The notes under the pieces are model-generated. The model did no database searches and was not told the origin of the DNA. It saw nothing but the letters and a program-made list of their open reading frames with translations. Below, one piece after another: positions 1 through 9,854 of a stretch of DNA of 37,958 nt (the stretch's first letter is position 1; the number at the start of each line of letters is the position of its first letter). A program made the translations under genes and the position numbers. The DNA is from Pseudomonadota bacterium (GTDB lineage Bacteria; Pseudomonadota; Alphaproteobacteria; Rickettsiales; UBA1997): the NCBI GenBank assembly GCA_009925685.1, contig RFYG01000003.1, positions 1 through 37,958 on the forward strand, in the 5' to 3' direction.

Positions 1-118
1 AGTGTTTGAAATTGGCGAGATTATATTTTAAAAACTTTTTGTTGCGCAATTAAAATTATCAAATTCTCTAAAAATCATTTAAAGCACCAATGTATTTTTT
101 ATATATGAACAAATTTTT

Positions 119-325
119 ATGAATGAATTTTCTCAGGCTGATCATAAAAATATAAAATTTTCTGAAAAATTTAAGGGGTTTTTGTATAAACTTATTCATT
201 ATTTCGGTATTATTTTTAGTATTTTGGTGGCGATATATGCTCTTTACAATTTGATGCCAGAATTTATTAAATTTTGTTTTGAATATATCATCAAAATCAT
301 GAAATCTGATTATCCAAACCTTTGA
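119..325 (+). CDS. small hypothetical membrane protein
   Basis: 68-aa ATG ORF with one hydrophobic stretch (FGIIFSILVAIYAL); no recognisable family. Confidence 0.45.
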   Translation: MNEFSQADHKNIKFSEKFKGFLYKLIHYFGIIFSILVAIYALYNLMPEFIKFCFEYIIKIMKSDYPNL

Positions 326-419
326 TATTCTTATTTAATTAAGTTTTTTGATAAATCCTAAAATTGAAATTTGTGGTTTAAATTTCGCTTTTAATTGTTA
401 TTAAATTTTAAGCCTAAAT

Positions 420-448
420 TTGACATTTAAATAAAAAAATATTTCAAT
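420..448 (+). promoter_or_regulatory. possible sigma70 promoter for pdhAB
   Basis: TTGACA (420-425), 17 bp spacer, TTCAAT (443-448), 51 bp before the pdhA start. Confidence 0.35.
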
Positions 449-499
449 GGCGGTCTCAAAAATTTATCCAATCTTAAAAACAAACTTAAACTGCACAAA

Positions 500-1516
500 A
501 TGGTTAGCAAATCTTTAGCTTCAAGCGCTAAGTCTAGTTCCAAACATAATTCTATCAAAGATTTTAAAAAAGATGAATTGCTTGGTTTATATCAAGAAAT
601 GTTGTTGATTCGAAGATTTGAAGAAAAAGCTGGCCAGCTTTATGGAATGGGCCTTATCGCTGGATTTTGTCATCTTTATATCGGCCAAGAAGCTATCGCT
701 TCGGGCATGCGCTTCACAATGATTGATGGCGATAAAGTCATCACAACTTATCGTGATCATGGGCACATGATTGCGGTTGGTTCGGATCCAAAAAAAATCA
801 TGGCTGAATTGCTTGGTCGTCGTGACGGTTCCTCGAAAGGTAAAGGCGGATCAATGCATTTATTTGATCTCGAAAAGCACTTTTATGGCGGTCATGGAAT
901 AGTCGGAGCATCTGTGCCAATTGGTGCCGGACTTGCTTTTGCAGATAAATATAAAGGCACCAACAACGTAACTTATTGTTATTTTGGAGATGGCGCGGCG
1001 CATCAAGGTCAAGTTTATGAGGCCTTTAATATGGCAAAATTATGGAACTTGCCGGTTTTATTTATTATTGAAAATAATCACTACGCCATGGGAACTTCCG
1101 TCTCTCGTTCATCATCAATTGATGAGCTTCACAAGCGTGGAATTGGATTTAATATCCCCGGTGTAAAAATTAACGGCATGGATATTTTTGATGTAATTAA
1201 GGATGGTCAAAAATGTGTTGACTACGTTAGATCTGGCAATGGCCCAATGATAATCGAAATGGATACTTATCGCTATCGTGGTCATTCAATGTCTGACCCA
1301 GCTACCTATCGCTCAAAAGAAGAAGTAAATTGTAAAAAAGACCTCGATCCAATTGATACTTTGCGTGGCAATATATTGCAAAACAGCGTTGCAAGCGAAA
1401 GTGAAATCAAAAAAATTGATGATGAAATTAAAAATCAAGTTAACGAAATTGTTGAATTTGCAAAAAATAGCCCCGAGCCTGATGAATCAGAGCTTTTAAC
1501 CGAGATTTACAACTAA
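500..1516 (+). CDS. pdhA: pyruvate dehydrogenase E1 alpha subunit
   Basis: [21 protein letters not shown]-binding GDGA...[14 protein letters not shown]. Confidence 0.97.
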   Translation: MVSKSLASSAKSSSKHNSIKDFKKDELLGLYQEMLLIRRFEEKAGQLYGMGLIAGFCHLYIGQEAIASGMRFTMIDGDKVITTYRDHGHMIAVGSDPKKIMAELLGRRDGSSKGKGGSMHLFDLEKHFYGGHGIVGASVPIGAGLAFADKYKGTNNVTYCYFGDGAAHQGQVYEAFNMAKLWNLPVLFIIENNHYAMGTSVSRSSSIDELHKRGIGFNIPGVKINGMDIFDVIKDGQKCVDYVRSGNGPMIIEMDTYRYRGHSMSDPATYRSKEEVNCKKDLDPIDTLRGNILQNSVASESEIKKIDDEIKNQVNEIVEFAKNSPEPDESELLTEIYN

Positions 1517-1520
1517 GATT

Positions 1521-2513
1521 ATGACTCTCAGAAAACTTACTGTGCGAGAAGCACTTAGAGAAGCAATGGCCGAAGAAATGCGCAAACATCCCGAAATATT
1601 TGTGATGGGCGAAGAAGTTGCCGAATATAACGGCGCCTACAAAGTAACCCAAGGTCTCTTATCTGAGTTTGGTGCCAAAAGAGTAATCGATACTCCGATC
1701 ACCGAACATGGTTTTGCCGGTTTGGCGGTTGGTTCGGCATTTGCTGGACTTCGTCCGATCGTTGAATTCATGACTTTTAATTTTGCCATGCAAGCCATTG
1801 ATCAAATCGTCAATTCTGCCGCCAAAACCAACTACATGTCGGGAGGTCAAGTTAGATGTCCAATTGTTTTTAGAGGTCCAAATGGTGCTGCCTCTAGAGT
1901 TGGAGCCCAGCATTCGCAATGCTATGCTTCGTGGTATGGCTCAATTCCTGGTTTGAAAGTAATAGCTCCTTACTCTTCTGCTGATGCGAAGGGTTTATTG
2001 AAATCAGCAATTCGCGATCCAAATCCGGTAGTTTTTTTAGAAAATGAAATTACCTACGGCTTTAGTTTTGAAGAGGAATATGACGACGATCATGTGGTTG
2101 AAATTGGAAAGGCAAAAGTTTTGCGCGAAGGTTCCGACATTACCATAATTGCCTTCTCTTTGGTGGTTAAATATGCACTTGAAGCAGCTCAAGAACTCGA
2201 ATCAATCGGTATTTCTGCTGAAGTGATCGACCTTAGAACTATTCGACCAATTGATCGCCAAACAATTGTTGAATCGGTCAAAAAAACTTCACGATGCGTT
2301 ACGGTTGAAGAAGGCTTTCCTTTTGGATCCGTCGGTAGTGAAATTGCTTCAATCTTAATTGATGAAGCTTTTGATTATCTTGATGCGCCAATCAAAAAAC
2401 TTACTTCGGTTGATGCGCCTTTGCCATATGCCGAAAATCTTGAGAGACTTGCTCTCCCCAAGACTCAAGATATTGTTAGGGTCGCCAAAGAATTATGTAA
2501 TAAATCTTCGTAA
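1521..2513 (+). CDS. pdhB: pyruvate dehydrogenase E1 beta subunit (no N-terminal lipoyl domain)
   Basis: [30 protein letters not shown]; 330 aa; follows pdhA. Confidence 0.97.
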   Translation: MTLRKLTVREALREAMAEEMRKHPEIFVMGEEVAEYNGAYKVTQGLLSEFGAKRVIDTPITEHGFAGLAVGSAFAGLRPIVEFMTFNFAMQAIDQIVNSAAKTNYMSGGQVRCPIVFRGPNGAASRVGAQHSQCYASWYGSIPGLKVIAPYSSADAKGLLKSAIRDPNPVVFLENEITYGFSFEEEYDDDHVVEIGKAKVLREGSDITIIAFSLVVKYALEAAQELESIGISAEVIDLRTIRPIDRQTIVESVKKTSRCVTVEEGFPFGSVGSEIASILIDEAFDYLDAPIKKLTSVDAPLPYAENLERLALPKTQDIVRVAKELCNKSS

Positions 2514-2554
2514 TTAATTTAATAAATATTCACAAAGTCAACATAGCTTCATAA

Positions 2555-2926
2555 ATGGTCATCACAAGATACACAATATACAATTTTGTTAAAAAAAATC
2601 GCATAAACAAATCTGTTTTTTTGTCTTATTGCATAGCTTTTTCGCTAATTCTTTATTTTATGTTTGTATCGATTTTTGGAGATAAAGGCTTAATCGAATA
2701 TTATACTCTTAAAAAAGAAGCTCAAAGAATTGAGAATGACAAAGTTGAATTGATTAACAAAATCCGCATCAAAAAAGATATGATTAAAGCTATGGATTAT
2801 GAGTCTCTGGATCTTGATTTGGTTGATGAACAGTCGCGCAAAATACTCGGTTATGTTGGTAAAGATGAAATTGTTATTTACCAAGACAAAAATTCACACG
2901 GTGATAGCGACAAATCTAAAAAATAA
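2555..2926 (+). CDS. ftsB: septum formation initiator FtsB/DivIC family
   Basis: single TM helix, IFGDKGL motif, coiled coil, DLDLVDEQSRKILGY..KDE C-terminus; pdh-linked as in Alphaproteobacteria. Confidence 0.8.
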   Translation: MVITRYTIYNFVKKNRINKSVFLSYCIAFSLILYFMFVSIFGDKGLIEYYTLKKEAQRIENDKVELINKIRIKKDMIKAMDYESLDLDLVDEQSRKILGYVGKDEIVIYQDKNSHGDSDKSKK

Positions 2927-2929
2927 CAC

Positions 2930-3544
2930 ATGCTTATCAAGCAAGAAATACTTAGAAAACTCTTTCACATCGGCCTTTCTATAATTCCGCTTCTCTACAT
3001 AAATCTTGGAAAAACAAGTTTTTTATGCTTATTTATTCCGTTGGCGATTGCCATAATTGGTATTGATTTTTGTCGGTGCAAATACAATTCGATTGGCTCT
3101 GCCATAACCCCGATTTTTAAAATTATTATGCGTGAAAAAGAGTTAAGTCGTAAGAATTTGTCGGGCGTATCTTGGGCTTTTTTTTGTGCAATAATAAATT
3201 TTTTAATTTTTCACCCAGCTGTTGCGGTGACGGGCTTTTTGATATTAACTTTTGCAGATGCTATGGCGGCTGTTATCGGAAAATCTGTCAAAAGTGCTAA
3301 ATTTTACCAAAAATCTCGTGCCGGCTCATTAGCTTTTTTTATAACCTCGATTTTAGTGATAATTTCATGCGGAATTTATTTTGATTGTCGCTTACCATTT
3401 TTTTTGTTCGCTTCTTTTGTAGCAATGTTTGTAACCTACTTAGAGGCTTATCCCGACTTATTTCGCATCGATGATAATTTACTTATACCTATGTCTTTTG
3501 GGATTTGCATGACCTTGCTCGACTTAATGTGGCATATCTTATAA
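2930..3544 (+). CDS. CTP-dependent polyprenol/dolichol/phytol kinase family membrane protein
   Basis: EILRKLFH start, multiple TMs, ADAMAAVIG, KSRAGS, IDDNL.IP motifs of the SEC59/DGK1/VTE5 family. Confidence 0.85.
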   Translation: MLIKQEILRKLFHIGLSIIPLLYINLGKTSFLCLFIPLAIAIIGIDFCRCKYNSIGSAITPIFKIIMREKELSRKNLSGVSWAFFCAIINFLIFHPAVAVTGFLILTFADAMAAVIGKSVKSAKFYQKSRAGSLAFFITSILVIISCGIYFDCRLPFFLFASFVAMFVTYLEAYPDLFRIDDNLLIPMSFGICMTLLDLMWHIL

Positions 3545-3562
3545 TAAACCATAAAAATTTTC

Positions 3563-5356
3563 ATGAATTTTGCCAAAGATTTTCCAGAAAAATTGCGTTC
3601 TTCAATCTTGGCTTCCGAAGTAATTGGCAAGAAGGTTCGGCTTAAAAAAAGGGGCAAAGATTATTTGGGTTTATGCCCATTTCATAACGAAAAAACCCCA
3701 TCTTTTACCGTTAACGATCAAAAAGGTTTTTATCATTGCTTTGGGTGCCAAGCTCACGGCGACATAATAACTTTTGTGATGGAGACCGAAAGGTTAGAGT
3801 TCAAGGACACGATTTTCAAGATTGCGCAAGATTTTGGAATTGAAGTGCCAATCGTCGAAAATAACAAACCTCAGAACAATTATGTTGCGAGAGATTTTGA
3901 AATTATCGCCAAAATAAATGAATTTTTTACCAAAAATCTTCATCAACAAAATGTTGTAGAAGCTAGAGATTACTTAAAAAAAAGAGGCTTTAATTCAATA
4001 ATAGCTAAAAAATTTCATTTGGGATATGCGCCAAATTCTTATGAATTACTCGTAAATTACCTCAAAGGTATGGGCTTTAACCCTAATGAAATAGAGTCTT
4101 GCGGGGTGGTTGGTAAAAATGATAAAGGCAACCTTTATGACAAATTTCGTAACCGCATAACTTTTGCAATTACCGATAAAAAAAATCGTCCCATTGCCTT
4201 TGGCGGAAGATCTTTAGGCGACGATATGCCAAAATATTTGAATTCCGCCGAAACTGATATTTTTAAAAAAAATCTTACCCTCTACAATTTTTTTAATGCC
4301 CGCAAATCCATATTCGACAAGGGTTTCGCCATTATGGTTGAAGGTTATATGGACGCCATCTCTTTGGCGGTAAATGGTTTTGAAAATGTTGTTGCCGGCC
4401 TTGGAACCGCTATCAGTGAAGAGCATTTGAAGCAACTTTTTGTCATCACTGATAAAATTATTATTTGTTTAGATGGAGATAATGCTGGTTTTAAAGCTAT
4501 GAAGAGGGTTTGCGAAATTGCATTGCCAATTATTAATTCGCAAAAAAATATCATGTTTTGTTTTTTGCCCAACCAAATGGACCCCGATGATTTTATTAAA
4601 AAATATGGAGCAAGCGAATTTCAAAAAGCTTTAGACTCTTCGGTACCAATGTCGCAAGCCATAATTGATTTCACCACTAATGATTTAGGAATAAAAAATT
4701 ATCTGAAATTATCCGCTGAAGAAAAGGCGCGACTTGATTTAGAGTTAAATAAAAAAATTAATTTAATAAACGATTCGGCAACCAAAAAATATTTTATGCA
4801 ATTTATTAAAAATTGGTTGTTTTCGATCGGAAGAACAATTGCCAATAAATCAAACAAAATAGAGGTTTCAAAGGTTATTATTAATCAAAAAAACCTCCAA
4901 AAATTTAATAAAAATTCGCTAAATATAATGGCGTTTTTGATAAAATATCCGCAATTAATAAATTATCGCGATAACGATTTCAACCTTAGAGAAATGCAGT
5001 TTGAGGATGAAAAAATGACCGAGCTAAAAGAATTTATCCTTAATTTAGTAGATGAAAATTGCCAAAATATCGTCGAAGAGCTTGATAAATCAGTTTTCAG
5101 GCTTTACAATGGCGAGATTAAAAATATTGTGGCGCGCCAAAATTCAAATGACAGCAATCTTCAAAAAAAATTTCGCCTTCTGCTTCTAAAGGATTTATTT
5201 TCCAATGTTGAGAGGCAATATCTCGAAAATTTGAATGCCATTGATGACATAGAAACTCATCAAACCACAATTTCAACTCAAAAAATTACCGAAATTTTTG
5301 ATTACAAAAACACTATTCATGCCAAGATTATCGAGCTTGAGAAAGATATTATTTAA
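3563..5356 (+). CDS. dnaG: DNA primase
   Basis: CHC2 zinc finger (CPFHNEKTPSF...HCFGC), KYLNS, TOPRIM VEGYMD and DGDNAG, DPDD. Confidence 0.97.
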   Translation: MNFAKDFPEKLRSSILASEVIGKKVRLKKRGKDYLGLCPFHNEKTPSFTVNDQKGFYHCFGCQAHGDIITFVMETERLEFKDTIFKIAQDFGIEVPIVENNKPQNNYVARDFEIIAKINEFFTKNLHQQNVVEARDYLKKRGFNSIIAKKFHLGYAPNSYELLVNYLKGMGFNPNEIESCGVVGKNDKGNLYDKFRNRITFAITDKKNRPIAFGGRSLGDDMPKYLNSAETDIFKKNLTLYNFFNARKSIFDKGFAIMVEGYMDAISLAVNGFENVVAGLGTAISEEHLKQLFVITDKIIICLDGDNAGFKAMKRVCEIALPIINSQKNIMFCFLPNQMDPDDFIKKYGASEFQKALDSSVPMSQAIIDFTTNDLGIKNYLKLSAEEKARLDLELNKKINLINDSATKKYFMQFIKNWLFSIGRTIANKSNKIEVSKVIINQKNLQKFNKNSLNIMAFLIKYPQLINYRDNDFNLREMQFEDEKMTELKEFILNLVDENCQNIVEELDKSVFRLYNGEIKNIVARQNSNDSNLQKKFRLLLLKDLFSNVERQYLENLNAIDDIETHQTTISTQKITEIFDYKNTIHAKIIELEKDII

Positions 5357-5425
5357 TCTCCAAAAATTTCATAATTTTTAGTTTTGATCAACATTTTATA
5401 TAAATAACCTTTAAAATTATTGTTT

Positions 5426-7981
5426 ATGGCTCCGAAGAAAAAAAATATTATTAAGGCAACGCCCAAAAAGATTGTTAACAAAAATATTAAACCTAAAACC
5501 AATCCTAAAAAACCCCAAAAAGCCTTAAAATCGAATGTCAAATCGCTTAACAAATCTTCGCCCACTTCAATAAAAAACAAACATTCCAAACCGCTCAAAA
5601 AAGCGCCTAAGTCAACTCCTAAAAAAACTTTACCCACTAAAATTGTTGGCAAAAAAATCAATAAAGATAAGTCAAAATCTTTAAAAAAATCTTCATTAAA
5701 AATTGTTAAAAAAGTGGTTACAAAAAAACCCGAACCTATCAACAAAAAAACCTCAAACAAAACCAAAAAAATCCCCAAAAAAATTGTCCAAAAAGTTGAA
5801 AAAAATATCGATAAGAGGCAAAAAATTTCTAAAACTCTAAAACAAAATATAAAAACTATTAAAGCGGTCAAACAAGCTATCGAAAAATCTCCAAAAAACC
5901 TCGCTAAGACCGAGAAAGACATTGCTAAAACCCAGAAAGAGGTTATTAAATCCAAGAAAGACATCATTAAAGATTTCAAAAAAGAAAACAAAAAATCATC
6001 ATCTCTTAATGAAAAATCCAACCGTTTGGTTGAAAAATTTCAGTTAATTAACGATGTGAGATATTCGATCAATAAAGCCGACGAAAACAGTAAAAAAATT
6101 TCTAGTGAAATCGCCAATAAACTTAAAAAACTTATTGCGCTTGGAAAAACTCAGGGCTTTTTGACCCATGAGCAAATTGGCGAAAATATTGAAACCGAGC
6201 TTGATGCTAAAAAACTCGATAGAATCGTTGATATTCTTGGCGAGTTTAAAATTCAAATTGTTGAAAAAGAAGAAGATCTTGAGCGTTTAATTGAAGAAGG
6301 TTTAGCTTCAAAAGATGATGAAAAAAGTCAAAAAAGAAGTGAAGATTCGGTTAAAACTTACTTGAAATCAATGAGTACCGTCAAGCTTCTCACCAGAGAT
6401 GACGAGGTTTCAATTGCCATGAGAATCGAAGAAGGTCGCAGTAAAACCGTTAATTTTTTATATCAAAGTCCACTAATTATGCGCCACTTTATCGAGTGGT
6501 ATAATGGCTTATCGAATGGCACGATTCTTTTGCGCGACATAATTCGTATCGACGAAACTTATAATTCTGAGCTTGAAGAAATGATTAAAAGCAATGATCA
6601 ACAAGCTCCAACCGGTGAAAATAATGTTGAAGATGTTACCTCGATAATTGAAGAGCAAGTTGATTCGGTAGAAATTAATGAAGATTCTTTATTTGAGGAT
6701 GAAGAGCTTGAAGAGATTGATGAAAGCGCTGTTTCGTTTGTTTCGATGGAGCGAATTTTAATGCCAAAAATGCTCGAATTGTTCCAAAAAATTGCCACTA
6801 TTTGTCAAAAAATCATCGATAAATCTGAAGATAAAACGCCAGAGCAAATCAAAAATGATAAAGAAATTAACAAGCTCAAAGCCGATTTTGAAGTGCTTTC
6901 AAATGAAGTTAGTTTCAATGATGCCCTAATTAAAGCTTTAGTTGATCAACTCTATGAAGCTCAACAAAAATTATTATCAACCGAAATAGAATTACTAAAA
7001 TATGCCCAATCTTTTGGCATTGATAAGGTTGATTTTTTAAAAAATTATGCCGGTATTGAAGAGGGAAATAAGTGGTACAAAAAAATTTCTGAAAACAAAG
7101 ATAAGAAGTGGCAAAAATATGCTTCAGAAGGAAAGGAACAAATCTTTACTCTTCTCGAAAAAATTGCCAAATTTACTAAAATCATGGGAATTAGTGTCGC
7201 TGATTTTAAAAAAATGATTAGCAATATTCGCTTAAGTCAAGAAGAAGAATTAAAAGCCAAAAAAGAAATGATCGAAGCCAACTTAAGGTTGGTAGTTTCG
7301 ATTGCCAAAAAATATACTAATCGCGGTTTACAATTTCTTGATCTAATCCAAGAGGGTAATATTGGCTTGATGCGCGCGGTCGATAAGTTTGAATATCGTC
7401 GAGGTTATAAATTTTCTACCTATGCCACTTGGTGGATTCGTCAGGCCATAACCAGAGCAATTGCTGACCAATCTAGAACCATTCGGATTCCGATTCACAT
7501 GGTTGAAACCATTAACAAAATTGTTAAAACTTCGCGTCAACTTACCCAAGAATTAGGTCGCACTCCTGATGCTCAAGAGATTGCAGATAGATTGCTTATG
7601 CCGGTTGAAAAAGTTCGTAAAGTTTTACGAACTTCTAAAGATCCGGTTAGTCTTGAGTCGCCTATTTCAGGTGATGATGAAGAAAGCGTTATTGGTGATT
7701 TTATCGAAGATAAAACTGCTGTTTTGCCTTTTGACGCTGCCTCGCACTCAAAACTTAAAGAACTAATCTCGCAAATATTGTCGTCACTTACCGCTCGCGA
7801 AGAAAGAGTGCTTAGAATGCGCTTTGGAGTTGGAATGGTAACCGACCATACTCTCGAAGAAGTCGGCAAACAATTTTCGGTAACGCGAGAAAGAATTCGC
7901 CAAATCGAGGCCAAGGCTTTAAAAAAATTGCAACATCCTAAACGGGCTAAATTATTAAAAAGCTTCTTACAAGATGCTTAG
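5426..7981 (+). CDS. rpoD: primary sigma factor RpoD with long Lys-rich N-terminal extension
   Basis: regions 1.2 ([10 protein letters not shown]), 2 ([33 protein letters not shown]), 4 ([17 protein letters not shown]); follows dnaG; ATG at 5426 (TTG at 5420 is the alternative). Confidence 0.97.
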   Translation: MAPKKKNIIKATPKKIVNKNIKPKTNPKKPQKALKSNVKSLNKSSPTSIKNKHSKPLKKAPKSTPKKTLPTKIVGKKINKDKSKSLKKSSLKIVKKVVTKKPEPINKKTSNKTKKIPKKIVQKVEKNIDKRQKISKTLKQNIKTIKAVKQAIEKSPKNLAKTEKDIAKTQKEVIKSKKDIIKDFKKENKKSSSLNEKSNRLVEKFQLINDVRYSINKADENSKKISSEIANKLKKLIALGKTQGFLTHEQIGENIETELDAKKLDRIVDILGEFKIQIVEKEEDLERLIEEGLASKDDEKSQKRSEDSVKTYLKSMSTVKLLTRDDEVSIAMRIEEGRSKTVNFLYQSPLIMRHFIEWYNGLSNGTILLRDIIRIDETYNSELEEMIKSNDQQAPTGENNVEDVTSIIEEQVDSVEINEDSLFEDEELEEIDESAVSFVSMERILMPKMLELFQKIATICQKIIDKSEDKTPEQIKNDKEINKLKADFEVLSNEVSFNDALIKALVDQLYEAQQKLLSTEIELLKYAQSFGIDKVDFLKNYAGIEEGNKWYKKISENKDKKWQKYASEGKEQIFTLLEKIAKFTKIMGISVADFKKMISNIRLSQEEELKAKKEMIEANLRLVVSIAKKYTNRGLQFLDLIQEGNIGLMRAVDKFEYRRGYKFSTYATWWIRQAITRAIADQSRTIRIPIHMVETINKIVKTSRQLTQELGRTPDAQEIADRLLMPVEKVRKVLRTSKDPVSLESPISGDDEESVIGDFIEDKTAVLPFDAASHSKLKELISQILSSLTAREERVLRMRFGVGMVTDHTLEEVGKQFSVTRERIRQIEAKALKKLQHPKRAKLLKSFLQDA
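5900..5983 (+). repeat. degenerate 21-bp (7-aa) tandem repeat x4 in rpoD
   Basis: [28 protein letters not shown]. Confidence 0.6.
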
Positions 7982-7995
7982 ATTATAAATTACCA

Positions 7996-9798
7996 ATGCC
8001 TCACCAACAAACAAAAAACTCAATTCTTGACAAAAAATGGCAAGCAAAACCGTTCGATGAAAGAACGGTTTTGACTATCGTTCAGCGTCAAAATATCTCC
8101 GAAATTCTCTCTAAATTACTTACCGCTCGACAAATTAAACTCGACGAAATTGATAATTTTTTAAATCCCAAAATTAAAAATATTTTGCCCAATCCTTTTG
8201 AGCTTGGAGATATGGAAGTGGCCGTCAAAGCATTGGTCAAAGCTATTAAAACAAAAAAAAAGATTACGATATTTGGTGATTATGATGTTGATGGCGCTAC
8301 TTCGGTAGCTCTTTTGGTGCGCTATTTAAAAAATTTTCAGATTGAAGCCGAAATCTATATTCCAGATAGAATCCTTGAGGGTTATGGCCCAAATTCGCAG
8401 GCTTTGCTCAATCTTAAAAAAAATGGCACAGATTTGGTAATTATGGTTGATTGCGGGACTGTAGCCTTCGAGCCTCTACAAACCGCCAAAAAAGCCGGTC
8501 TCGAAATCGTTGTGATCGATCATCATCTTGGGGTTATTGAAAAGCCTGAAGCGATTGCGATTATTAATCCAAATTTACTCAACGAAAAATTTCCGCATAA
8601 AAATTTATGCGCGGTTGGGGTGGCGTTTTTGTTCATCGTCGCCATCAATAAAACTTTGCGCGAAGAAAATTTTTTTGTAAATTTTAGTGAGCCAAATTTA
8701 TTGGATATGATGGATCTAGTGGCCCTTGGAACGGTTTGCGATGTAATGCCTTTGACAGGCCTAAACCGAGCTTTTGTGGCATCGGGCCTTAAGGTTTTAC
8801 AACAGCGCAAAAATATTGGCCTGCGCGCCATTTGCGATAATGCTAATTTATCAAATTCACCCAATTCTTATACATTAGGTTTTGTGATTGGTCCCAGAAT
8901 TAATGCCGGTGGGCGAGTTGGAAACTCATCCTTGGGGGCCAAGATTTTATCAAGTGATGATGAATCAGAGGTTTTTGAGATTGCTCAAAAACTCGAATTT
9001 CATAATCAAGAGCGCAAAAACCTTGAGGCACAAGCCTTGGCTCAAGCAATTGAAAATTTAGAAAGTTCCCAGAATAATTTTAGTAAAAATGATGCAATAA
9101 TTTTTGCGGTTTCTGACGCTTGGCATCAAGGAATCATTGGTATTATGGCTTCAAGGCTCAAAGAAATTTATAATAAACCGGTGGCCGTCTTAACGATTGA
9201 CAAAAAAACCTCTAAAGCCAAGGGATCGTGCCGTTCAATCACTGGCATTGATTTTGGAAAAGAAATTTTAAAAGCTCGTCTTGAAGGCCTCTTACTTGAT
9301 GGCGGAGGACATGCGATGGCGGGCGGTTTTAGCGTCGAATCAGCAAAAATAAAAGATTTACACCAGTTTTTTTGCAAAAATCTTACCACAAAAGTCGATG
9401 AAATCTTGCAAGAAAACCTTTGCGAATATGATTTGGCGCTTGATTTAGAGCAACTTAACATTGATTTAATCAAAGAGCTTGCCAATCTTGAACCTTTTGG
9501 AGTTGGCAATCCGCGTCCGCGATTTATGCTTCGAAATTTATATAAAATTCGTGCTAATTTTGTGGGTAAAGATCAAGAGCATCTGAGCCTAGTTTTAACA
9601 TCTAAAAACTCTTTGGGTTTTACTAATCAAATTCCAGCTATTTTATTTCGTGCCAAGCAGTCAAAGCTAACTCCGATTTTGCTAGAACTAAAAAATTCTC
9701 AACCAATCTCTGTAATTGGAACCATCGAAATCAATAGTTGGATGGGGGTCGAAAAATTGCAATTACAAATCGACGACGCGATTATTGGTGCGCAATAA
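7996..9798 (+). CDS. recJ: ssDNA-specific exonuclease RecJ
   Basis: GDYDVDG, IDHH, GTVCDVMPL, PRINAGGR, GGGHAMAGG, LEPFGVGNP. Confidence 0.97.
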   Translation: MPHQQTKNSILDKKWQAKPFDERTVLTIVQRQNISEILSKLLTARQIKLDEIDNFLNPKIKNILPNPFELGDMEVAVKALVKAIKTKKKITIFGDYDVDGATSVALLVRYLKNFQIEAEIYIPDRILEGYGPNSQALLNLKKNGTDLVIMVDCGTVAFEPLQTAKKAGLEIVVIDHHLGVIEKPEAIAIINPNLLNEKFPHKNLCAVGVAFLFIVAINKTLREENFFVNFSEPNLLDMMDLVALGTVCDVMPLTGLNRAFVASGLKVLQQRKNIGLRAICDNANLSNSPNSYTLGFVIGPRINAGGRVGNSSLGAKILSSDDESEVFEIAQKLEFHNQERKNLEAQALAQAIENLESSQNNFSKNDAIIFAVSDAWHQGIIGIMASRLKEIYNKPVAVLTIDKKTSKAKGSCRSITGIDFGKEILKARLEGLLLDGGGHAMAGGFSVESAKIKDLHQFFCKNLTTKVDEILQENLCEYDLALDLEQLNIDLIKELANLEPFGVGNPRPRFMLRNLYKIRANFVGKDQEHLSLVLTSKNSLGFTNQIPAILFRAKQSKLTPILLELKNSQPISVIGTIEINSWMGVEKLQLQIDDAIIGAQ

Positions 9799-9854
9799 AT
9801 TTACGTACGCAAAATAAAATTTTAAATCAAAAATAAATTTTTTATTAAAAAAAT

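Noticed and set aside
2-31. VFEIGEIIF* as the 3' end of an upstream gene (PurM/AIRS-like ending)
   Set aside because: Only 9 codons visible; cannot be supported
5353-6021. 222-aa Phe/Leu-rich minus-strand ORF resembling a membrane protein
   Set aside because: Antisense shadow of the Lys-rich rpoD tail (AAA reads TTT)
9788-9822. Imperfect duplication of the recJ 3' end as an insertion scar for the GmrSD-like gene
   Set aside because: Short, AT-rich, and no matching copy on the far side of the gene
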